From assembly GCA_046538485.1 (NCBI GenBank), contig JBKHIT010000001.1, positions 1-64,000 of the forward strand: 64,000 nucleotides of DNA, in the 5' to 3' direction. The stretch comes from Candidatus Brocadiia bacterium. Its GTDB lineage: Bacteria > Planctomycetota > Brocadiia > SM23-32. Positions 29,187 to 37,349 of this stretch are shown piece after piece. Every line of letters begins with the position of its first letter. The first letter of the stretch is position 1. Both the position numbers and the translations under genes were made by a program. The notes beneath the pieces are model-generated. The model was given only the letters and a program-made list of their open reading frames with translations. It ran no database searches and was not told the origin of the DNA.

Positions 29187-29984
29187 CAGGTGTGCATTGA
29201 GAAAAAAGGGGGCTGAAGGCCCACCACAAACTACGAAAACGCCAAAGCGGCGCCCCCCGTGGGGGATTCGTTGGGGGCAGACGTGCCTGCCATTTTAAAT
29301 CTCACTGGCATTGGCATACCCCATTCCAGGTAGTCGACCGCAAAACGACGAAAGACAACGGCACAGCGGCGAAAAATCGCCGCACTCCACAGCCGGCTTT
29401 GCCGGCGGGGTCCACCCGCGAACCGGTGCTGAGGCGATTGTCCGGCACGCGGCATATTCCGTTCCGGGACAGACGACAACGGCCCGGCCCACAGGCTGGG
29501 GGGGCTGTGCTACATGCGTTTTTCAGGCATCCAGGCTTTGCCGCTTATCCTGTGCTCTGTGTGTTTGCCGACGTAACGGACCGCTGAAGGGGGCCACTAC
29601 GGGCACGTTCCAGTGATTTGCACGTTCCTCAAGCTGTTGCAAGCCGCGAGATCAACGTCAGGTTCGTAGTGAGTCCCGTCAGGGGCTCGGTCGTCTGTCC
29701 GTTTCTGCCTGATTCCGGGGACGGGGAGGTTTCACGGTTCCGTTTGCACTCCTGAATGCTGGTGGCCCTCGCAGCCGGAGCGTTGACAGGCGGGGATGTT
29801 TACGCGCCGTACTTCTGGCGTGCCTGTCATACTAACCGTACCAACGCCTCGCAGCCGGGACTGCTGGCAACGCCGTCATAGTCGTGCAGGCATCTTACAT
29901 TCAACCTTCCCGCTGCGCTGGCTATTCCGACAATAACCTAATAATCGCCGGGTATATACCCTCCACGGAAACCCACTAAAACGC

Positions 29985-30013
29985 TTGACAAATATGCTAT
30001 CTAATGCTATTTT
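29985..30013 (+). promoter_or_regulatory. Putative sigma70 promoter of the kaiCB operon
   Basis: TTGACA-N17-TATTTT with extended -10 TG, in an AT-rich patch ~300 bp upstream of kaiC. Confidence 0.6.
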
Positions 30014-30312
30014 ATACATTTGTAAACAGTGTTGTTGTTGCATCAAGTTGATATGCCCAGTGTTCAAGTTAACGCTGAGTTGCAGAGCGCAAGAGCTATG
30101 GATAGTAAAGATGAACTGATCGCCGTCACGACAACGGTGGCGTTCCCACATTCCGTGAAGAAACCGCCGGAGGTTTTGTTCCATAAAATACGATCTCGGA
30201 CTATCGCCCTTCTTGCCAGATCCCCTTCTCCCCCTCAGAGTCGCCATGCCGTCAAACGCAGCACTTCCACCTGAGAGTTAGCTATTCAGTGACAAAACAC
30301 CAGGAGATCACA

Positions 30313-32013
30313 ATGCCAAGCGAGACACAGAAGCTTTCAAAGACGCCCTCATGCATCAACGGTCTTGACGATATTCTGGAAGGTGGTTTTCCGATCGCTC
30401 GTCCCACTCTGGTTTGCGGTGGGCCGGGATGCGGAAAAACCACTCTGGGCATGGAGTTTATCGCACGCGGGGCGGGCGAAGAAGACGAACCGGGCGTCTT
30501 TGTCTCGTTCGAAGAACGACCGGAAGATCTGAAGGATAACTACGCCTCCATGCCGTGGGATTTGTCGGGGTTGATCGATGCCGAAAAAGTCAGATTTCTC
30601 CACATGGATATGGGGCCGCATGAAATTGACGAAACGGGCGATTTTAACCTCGAAGGGCTCTTTGTCCGCCTCGAAAGTGCCATTAATTGCGTCGGAGCCC
30701 GGCGCGTCGTCCTCGATACCATCGAGGTGCTTTTCTCCAGTTTTGAAAGCTCGCGCATCATACGGTCCGAAATATGTCGCCTTTTCGACTGGCTGAAAGA
30801 TAAAGGCGTGACCGCAATCGTAACGGGTGAACGCGGAGAGAACACTTTAACCCGCTACGGACTGGAAGAGTACGTATCGGATTGCGTTATCGTTCTGAAA
30901 CACCGGGGCGAAGAACGCATATCGACGCGCCAGTTGCGTGTGGTTAAATACCGGGGGTCGTCTCACGGTGATAATGAATACCCGTTCCTCATTGACCGCA
31001 ACGGTATCTCGGCCTTTCCGATTACTTCGCTGGGTCTGGACTATCCGGTTTCCTCCGAGAGGATAGGTACCGGCATAGAGGCACTGGACAACATGCTGGG
31101 CGGAGAAGGCTTCTACCGTGGCATGAGCATTCTTGTCTCCGGCACGGCCGGAACTGGCAAAAGCAGCCTGGCCGCCACTTTCGCCGACGCTGCATGCTCG
31201 CGCGGGGAACGGTGCCTCTATATTTCGTTTGAAGAAGGCCCGGCCCAAATCATCCGCGACATGGGCTCGATTGGGCTGAATCTCAACAAATGGGTCGATC
31301 AGGGAAACCTGAAGTTTGAAAACGAACGTCCTTATCGACGCGGACTCGAACAACACCTGCTCCGAATACAGCGAATGGTACAAACATTTGATCCGCATGT
31401 GCTCATCGCTGACCCGATATCCAACCTGAAAGAACTCGGCGACCGTTCCAAAGCGAAAAGCATGCAGACCCGCCTGATCGATTTCCTTAAAAGAAACCAG
31501 ATCACGGTTATGCTGACCGATCTTACCCCGGGGAGCGGTGACACTGAGGAGAGCCAGACCGGCGTTTCAAGCTTGATGGATAGCTGGATTCTTCTCCGGG
31601 GTGTCGAACGCGACGGCGAACGTAACAATGTTATGTACATCCTGAAATCCCGGGGCATGGGACATTCCAAACAGGTCAGAGAGTTCCTGTTCACAGACGA
31701 CGGCATTCAGCTCGTCGATGTCTCTGTGGGACCGGAGGGAGTTCTGACCGGCACAGCACGCTACACGCAGGAGATCAAAGAAAAGAAAAAGCGCGAAGCA
31801 ACGGAGCGTGAAATCGAACGTCGCAACGCCGAATTGGAGCGCAAACGAAAAGCCCTGGAGTCACGGATAGACGCCATGCAGGCAGAGTTTGAACTCGAAA
31901 AGACACGAATCCAAAAAGCAATTGGCGAACAAAAAACTAAACTGGAACTCGAGGAACAGGCCCGTGAGGCCAGACATCAGATGCGGGGAGGCGATGAAAA
32001 TGAACACCAGTGA
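30313..32013 (+). CDS. kaiC: Circadian clock protein KaiC (KaiC2-like, double ATPase domain)
   Basis: Two P-loops (GGPGCGKT, GTAGTGKS), two SFEE catalytic motifs, LEEYVSD, VVKYRGS, ILKSRGM, phospho-site region GVSSLMD; AGGAG RBS. Confidence 0.96.
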   Translation: MPSETQKLSKTPSCINGLDDILEGGFPIARPTLVCGGPGCGKTTLGMEFIARGAGEEDEPGVFVSFEERPEDLKDNYASMPWDLSGLIDAEKVRFLHMDMGPHEIDETGDFNLEGLFVRLESAINCVGARRVVLDTIEVLFSSFESSRIIRSEICRLFDWLKDKGVTAIVTGERGENTLTRYGLEEYVSDCVIVLKHRGEERISTRQLRVVKYRGSSHGDNEYPFLIDRNGISAFPITSLGLDYPVSSERIGTGIEALDNMLGGEGFYRGMSILVSGTAGTGKSSLAATFADAACSRGERCLYISFEEGPAQIIRDMGSIGLNLNKWVDQGNLKFENERPYRRGLEQHLLRIQRMVQTFDPHVLIADPISNLKELGDRSKAKSMQTRLIDFLKRNQITVMLTDLTPGSGDTEESQTGVSSLMDSWILLRGVERDGERNNVMYILKSRGMGHSKQVREFLFTDDGIQLVDVSVGPEGVLTGTARYTQEIKEKKKREATEREIERRNAELERKRKALESRIDAMQAEFELEKTRIQKAIGEQKTKLELEEQAREARHQMRGGDENEHQ

Positions 32014-32350
32014 CAAAAGTTCTGAAAGGACGGATGCTCAAAAAGACCAGGATTACGTTGTGAGGCTTTACGTAGCGGGTGAAGGCCCACGGTCTTCTCG
32101 TGCAATAGAAAACCTGAACCGCATTTGTCGCGAACATATGCCCGACCATTATGACATCGAAATCGTCGATATTGTTAAGAACCCGGACGCGGCAGAAGAG
32201 GGCAACATTGTTGCTGTACCTACCGTGATCAAAAAACTCCCTCCCCCCCTGCGGAAGGTTGTCGGTGATCTCTCCCAAATCGAAAAGGTCCTCGTAGGTC
32301 TCGAAATAGAAACCGAGCCGGAGGATAACGGCGATGAAGATGAGGCATAA
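32000..32350 (+). CDS. kaiB: Circadian clock protein KaiB
   Basis: YVVRLYVAG..PRSSRAIENL...IVAVPTVIKKLPPPLRKVVGDLS; overlaps the kaiC stop. Confidence 0.95.
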   Translation: MNTSDKSSERTDAQKDQDYVVRLYVAGEGPRSSRAIENLNRICREHMPDHYDIEIVDIVKNPDAAEEGNIVAVPTVIKKLPPPLRKVVGDLSQIEKVLVGLEIETEPEDNGDEDEA

Positions 32351-33050
32351 GGTGCTCATTCTCATCCTGGCAGCGGTTCCTCTCCTCTGGGTCGTCGATG
32401 CCGCCTTGGATTTTTTCTGGTTCTACGACCGCACTTTCTCCGAGCTCCTGCTCACAAATGTTCCGGCCCACGAAATTTTTGTCAGAGCGCTGGAAAGCGG
32501 GATTGTTCTTCTATTTGGTTTCATAATCGTCAAACTCGTGGGAGATCAAGAGAAAACAAAAGAGTCGGCAGAACAGGCCGAGCATTTTCTCAACAGCACA
32601 CTCGATGCCCTTTCGGCCCACCTAGCCATCCTGGACGAAAACGGAACCATCCTTAACGTCAATGGGTCCTGGCGCCGTTTCGCCGACGAGAACGGTCTCG
32701 CGTGGAACGATTACGGAATCGGTCGGAATTACCTTCAGCTCATCGAAGAAGCATCGGGGGATTCCATGGAGCGCGCTCGGGACGCGCTCGAAGGCATCAA
32801 AGAGCTGCTGGCGGGCAAACAGGATCATTTCCAGCTCGAATATCCGTGCCACAGTTCCGATACGAAAAGATGGTTCCAGATGCACGGCACGTCGTTTGAC
32901 ACTCGTGCCGGGAAGCGGGTGGTCCTCGCCCATGAAAATATTACCCAGCGCCGGCAAGCTGAGGAACGCACGCGTCAGTTAAACACCTCCTTCGCTCCAT
33001 CCGCAACGTCAACCAGATTATCGTCCAGGAATCTGAACTCGATGTGCTGA
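32334..33050 (+). CDS. N-terminal half (2 TM + PAS) of frameshifted hybrid kinase 2
   Basis: Two TM helices, PAS (AILDENGTILNVNGSW...LEYPCH...HENITQRR); sequence is out of frame after about 32984. Confidence 0.8.
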   Translation: MKMRHKVLILILAAVPLLWVVDAALDFFWFYDRTFSELLLTNVPAHEIFVRALESGIVLLFGFIIVKLVGDQEKTKESAEQAEHFLNSTLDALSAHLAILDENGTILNVNGSWRRFADENGLAWNDYGIGRNYLQLIEEASGDSMERARDALEGIKELLAGKQDHFQLEYPCHSSDTKRWFQMHGTSFDTRAGKRVVLAHENITQRRQAEERTRQLNTSFAPSATSTRLSSRNLNSMC

Positions 33051-34984
33051 CGGAAAAGGCATCGGAAGCGATAATCGAGAACCAATCGTTGCGAGGAAGT
33101 CTTGTGGCCCTTCTTGATCACGACACCGGTATGATAACTCCGATCGTCTGCGCCGGAGAACAATACCTTTCGGAAAACTGGGCAGTCACACCCGATGGTT
33201 CAGGGAACGCACCCCGGTGTATCAAAAAGGCCCTCGAAACCGGTCAAATATGTATTACTGAACCGGCGGACCACTGCGACGATTGTGCGTACGCCGACAC
33301 GTCAGATGTTTCCGCAACTGCAACATTTCCTATCAACCATCAGGCGCAAACGGTCGGCGTATTCCACGTCCATCTCAGCGATGATGCTGCTATGGACCCG
33401 AGTCAAAAAGAGCTTTTACAGGAAGTAGGCCGGGATCTCGGATTGGCCCGGGCAAAAGTCATTGCTGAAAACGAACTCACAACCATGACCTCTAGGTTTC
33501 GGAAACTTTTCGAGCTCAACGTCGATCCAATAATCGTCGTGGACAAAGACGGTGTCGTCCGTTTCGCCAATCCCGCAGCCCTAGAAATGTTCGGCCTAAC
33601 ACGCGCCGAAATGGAGGGGCAGGAATTCGGTTTCCCGGCAGCCGGATCGGGACCCGTTGAAATCGATACGGTCAAACCAGGCGAAGGACCCCGAACCGCT
33701 GAAATGCGCTCGAATAGCATCTCCTGGGACGGGGAAAAGGCATTTCTAGTCACGCTTCGGGATATAACTGATAGGAAACAAACGGAAGAAGAACTGAAAC
33801 AGACGAATTGCCAACTTGAAGAAACACTCGAAGATTTGCATAGAACCGAGCAGCAGCTGATCGATCAGGAACGCCAGCGCGCCCTGTCCCAGATGGCCAG
33901 CGGCATCGCTCATGATTTCAACAACGCCCTCTCCACAATCCTCGGTTTTACCGATCTGTTGCTTGAATCTAAAGGCAAACTCAAAGATGTTGACACCGCG
34001 CGGGATTACCTTGCGCACGTGCGAAAAGAAGCCACCAATGCCGCCGAAACCGTCCGTCGGATGCGCAAATTCTACCGGCCCCGAGAAGACGAACAGTTCA
34101 AGAATCTGGACCTCAACTCGCTCATCGAAGAAGCGATTTCTATGACCCAACCCCGCTGGCAGGAAGAAGCCCGAGCCGAAGGGATCAGCATCGACATCGA
34201 GAAAGATCTCGGCGATCTCCCCGAATTGGCCGGAAATGAAAGCGAACTCCACGAAATGCTCACAAATCTCATTTTCAACGCCGTCGATGCCATGCCAAAC
34301 GACGGAAAAATCAAATTCCACACCCGACAAACCGATGATGAAGTCCTGCTTGAAGTCGGCGACACGGGGGAAGGTATGCCTGAAGACGTCCGCTTGCACT
34401 GCCTGGAACCGTTCTTCACAACGAAGCAGCAGTCCGGCACGGGGCTCGGACTTTCAACAGTAAAAGGCATCCTCAAGCGGCACGGCGGAAGTATATCGGT
34501 CGAAAGCGAAGAAGGGGAAGGCACAACTTTCAAAATTTTACTCCCCCTGCAAGAACCCACCAAAGAACAGCCAGAAGGATCGGCGCCGCCTCAGGGAGAG
34601 ATTGGCGCTCTAAAAGTACTCGTTGTGGAAGACAAAAAAGAACAACGCGAGTTGCTGGCGGAATATCTTTCGCTTGATGACCACAGGGTCGACGTGGCGC
34701 CGAATGGGCGCGAAGGCCTGCGAAAGTTCATGCAGGGCTACTACGACCTGGTCATGACGGATCGTTCGATGCCGGAGATCAGCGGCGACCGCCTGGCAGT
34801 TCAGGTCAAGAACAAAGCTCCATCAAAACCCGTCATTATGCTGACGGGGTTCGGCGATATGATGGATGCGGCGGAAGAAACTCCGGACGGCGTCGATCTC
34901 GTGTTGTCCAAACCCGTATCCCTCGACCAGCTGCGGGAAGCTCTGATCAAAGTGATGAATGAAAACGAACGGCAAGGCCGCTAA
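33044..34984 (+). CDS. C-terminal half (GAF-PAS-HisKA-HATPase-REC) of frameshifted hybrid kinase 2
   Basis: IAHDFNNAL, NLIFNAVDA, PFFTTK, GTGLGL, REC. The frame is open back to 32963 and encodes LLRSIRNVNQIIVQE, matching the GAF start of kinase 1. Confidence 0.9.
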   Translation: MLTEKASEAIIENQSLRGSLVALLDHDTGMITPIVCAGEQYLSENWAVTPDGSGNAPRCIKKALETGQICITEPADHCDDCAYADTSDVSATATFPINHQAQTVGVFHVHLSDDAAMDPSQKELLQEVGRDLGLARAKVIAENELTTMTSRFRKLFELNVDPIIVVDKDGVVRFANPAALEMFGLTRAEMEGQEFGFPAAGSGPVEIDTVKPGEGPRTAEMRSNSISWDGEKAFLVTLRDITDRKQTEEELKQTNCQLEETLEDLHRTEQQLIDQERQRALSQMASGIAHDFNNALSTILGFTDLLLESKGKLKDVDTARDYLAHVRKEATNAAETVRRMRKFYRPREDEQFKNLDLNSLIEEAISMTQPRWQEEARAEGISIDIEKDLGDLPELAGNESELHEMLTNLIFNAVDAMPNDGKIKFHTRQTDDEVLLEVGDTGEGMPEDVRLHCLEPFFTTKQQSGTGLGLSTVKGILKRHGGSISVESEEGEGTTFKILLPLQEPTKEQPEGSAPPQGEIGALKVLVVEDKKEQRELLAEYLSLDDHRVDVAPNGREGLRKFMQGYYDLVMTDRSMPEISGDRLAVQVKNKAPSKPVIMLTGFGDMMDAAEETPDGVDLVLSKPVSLDQLREALIKVMNENERQGR

Positions 34985-35194
34985 CAGGATACCGAGTTTG
35001 CGGGGCCGGGAGCCGCGAGCGGACTGGACTTCAGCCGGAGGCTGGAGTTCAGAACGCGGGCCATAAACCGACAGGTCTCGGAGCAAAACAGCAGAACAAC
35101 CAGCGGCAGGTCCGCCTCGGCGATGCGGACCGACAGATCCCGAGCATTGTCCGAACCCGCAACAGCTCTCAGCTTCTGGAAACTTCCCACAATA
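34922..35194 (+). repeat. 273-bp direct repeat, copy 2 (kinase 3' end plus REP family A copy 4)
   Basis: Near-identical to 28774-29046. Confidence 0.93.
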
Positions 35195-35197
35195 TAT

Positions 35198-35362
35198 CCT
35201 CTAGCGTTTCCACCTTCACAACCTTTCCAAGGAGATGATTCTTGCCGTATTTCTTCAGCCAGTTGGCAACCGTCGACCCGCCGCCAATGCCGTAGTTCCG
35301 GCGGGCCTCGGCCATGCTGCTGAGTTTGCCAGACTCCAGTTCCGAAATAACCTTGAAGGTTC
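35198..35362 (-). pseudogene. IS3-like transposase OrfA (HTH) remnant
   Basis: FKVISELESGKLSSMAEARRNYGIGGGSTVANWLKKYGKNHLLGKVVKVET; no proper start, no OrfB and no terminal inverted repeats seen. Confidence 0.7.
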
Positions 35363-35376
35363 GCAGGATGTTTCCC

Positions 35377-36141
35377 TCATTCGGTCCCCACAACACCTTC
35401 CTGTCCGATGATTCGGACTCCGGCCTCTAATTCCCGTCCATTGGCAGCTATGCTCACGGTCTGAGTGATTCCGGCTGGGGTCTCGGCATCGCAGGGATAT
35501 CCGGCGATTCCTATCCTGACATCCATACCGGTGATATGGCCGCGTTCGCCCAGTTCGAGTTCAAATTCCTTAATATTCTGGCGCAGAGTCTGCATTTTTT
35601 CCTTCGCATCTCCCAGACTCGTTTCGGGCAACAGCATAGAAAATTCTTGCCCGCCGAGCCGGGCTACAACACCGTCTTCGCCTGCTACATCCTCAATTTC
35701 CTCGGCCATGCCACAAAGCACAATGTCCCCGACAGCATGGCCAAATTCGGCATTAATACGCTCAAGCCCGATAATGCGGAGGTAGGAAAAAGCAGCAGCC
35801 TTCCCCACTTCGAACGCGTGTTCACGTGCTTTTTTCAGGCGTTCTCGCATATATTCTGACGTGAAAACACCCGTTAATGAATCCCGGTCGGTCATATCCT
35901 TTATCGTCTGTGCCTGTTCTTGTGCAAAATCCATTACGGCGCGGAAGGCATATACCGTAACAACAATAGACCACAACAGCATCGGAACAAGAAGAACACT
36001 CACCAACAGGGACAAGTTCCCGAAGAATCCGAGAGCTACCAGGTGCAACACGATGAATGCGCTCAACCCCGCCGACCCGTAGAAAACTTTGCGAAACCTG
36101 CCGATTACCTTCTCGTCCATAACCGTCTGTTTGTCTTCCAT
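35377..36141 (-). CDS. Membrane-anchored degenerate GGDEF-domain protein
   Basis: 2 TM helices, DSLTGV, INAEFGHAVGDIVL, ARLGGQEF. Confidence 0.88.
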   Translation of the reverse strand: MEDKQTVMDEKVIGRFRKVFYGSAGLSAFIVLHLVALGFFGNLSLLVSVLLVPMLLWSIVVTVYAFRAVMDFAQEQAQTIKDMTDRDSLTGVFTSEYMRERLKKAREHAFEVGKAAAFSYLRIIGLERINAEFGHAVGDIVLCGMAEEIEDVAGEDGVVARLGGQEFSMLLPETSLGDAKEKMQTLRQNIKEFELELGERGHITGMDVRIGIAGYPCDAETPAGITQTVSIAANGRELEAGVRIIGQEGVVGTE

Positions 36142-36245
36142 CCGGCTCTCTCCTCTTTTGTGCAGTGACAATGTTCAGTGCAAACTTTGGATCCCGTACA
36201 GCCAGCGCTGACAACCGTTATAATTAGTTTCCTTTTTTGTTTTTG

Positions 36246-37349
36246 TCAATCCGTCTTGAGAGCTTCCTGGAAGTCCTGCTTGATCTCTCTTATCTGATCC
36301 AAATTCTCAATAAACAGATCGAATATCTCCGGGTCAAAATGCGCCCCACGACCGCTTTTCATGATTTCCAGCGCTTCCGACTCCGGGAGAGGATCGCGGT
36401 AAGGACGTTTCTCGCTGAGGGCATCATAAACATCAGCGACCGCGCATATCCGGCCAAAAAGCGGAATATCCTCGCCTTCCAGACCTTCGGGATATCCGGA
36501 TCCATCCCATTGTTCATGGTGAGTTCTCGCGATAGTTTCACCCCCCTGGAGGACTTTTGAATCCGAACCTCCTAAAATCCTGGCCCCGATTTCTGTGTGA
36601 GACTTCATGATTCCCCATTCGTCCGAAGAAAGCTTGCCGGGTTTCAGCAAAATTTTGTCGGGTATCCCGATTTTGCCCATATCGTGCATACGGCTGGCAA
36701 AATTAAGCGTTTCGACATCGCCCGGCGGCAGATGGAGCAGTTCTCCGAGAAAAGTACAATACTTTCCGATTCTCTGGACATGCGCCCCGGTCATTTCGTC
36801 GCGGTATTCCGAAGCAATCGCCAAACGTTTCACAGTCTCCTGGTGGGCATAATGTGCTTCCCTTTGCGCCTTCGCGGTCTCGCGAAGTGCACTCCGAAGT
36901 TCCTTCTTGCTCAAATCGTTCCACTGGTCATCCAATCCCGAATATTCTTCGTTTTCCTCGACCCCCTCCTTTACCTGCCCGATATGCGCTTCCAGGACTT
37001 CACCTACTTCATTCCAATCGATCGGTTTTGCGATGAAATCATCCGCCCCGAGACTCTCTGCCCGTTCCCTGTCCGTTGCACTGTCGAGTCCGGTGACCAT
37101 AACGACCGGGATGTCAGAACTATGTTCTCCGTTTCGGATACGGCCCAAAACTTCGTAACCATCCAGCCCCGACATCTTTGCGTCCAGGAATACCAGATCG
37201 AAACCCAATTTCAGTTTCGCGAGGGCTTCATAACCATCGGCGGCGCCTTCGGATTCATAGCCGAGCTGACCCAACCTTTCCGAAAGCAGAATCCGGTTTC
37301 GTTCCTCGTCATCAACCACCAAAATTCGGGACCTTTTGTTCTTTTTCAT
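36246..37349 (-). CDS. REC-HD-GYP response regulator (RpfG-type c-di-GMP phosphodiesterase)
   Basis: REC (VVDD, FLDAKM, AKP) plus EYRD..TGAHVQR, MHDMGKIGIPD, HHEQWDGSGYP, VADVYDAL..RPY. Confidence 0.95.
   Translation of the reverse strand: MKKNKRSRILVVDDEERNRILLSERLGQLGYESEGAADGYEALAKLKLGFDLVFLDAKMSGLDGYEVLGRIRNGEHSSDIPVVMVTGLDSATDRERAESLGADDFIAKPIDWNEVGEVLEAHIGQVKEGVEENEEYSGLDDQWNDLSKKELRSALRETAKAQREAHYAHQETVKRLAIASEYRDEMTGAHVQRIGKYCTFLGELLHLPPGDVETLNFASRMHDMGKIGIPDKILLKPGKLSSDEWGIMKSHTEIGARILGGSDSKVLQGGETIARTHHEQWDGSGYPEGLEGEDIPLFGRICAVADVYDALSEKRPYRDPLPESEALEIMKSGRGAHFDPEIFDLFIENLDQIREIKQDFQEALKTD

Noticed and set aside
13956..35194. Repeats as a CRISPR array
   Set aside because: Copies are kilobases apart with no regular repeat-spacer period and no cas genes.
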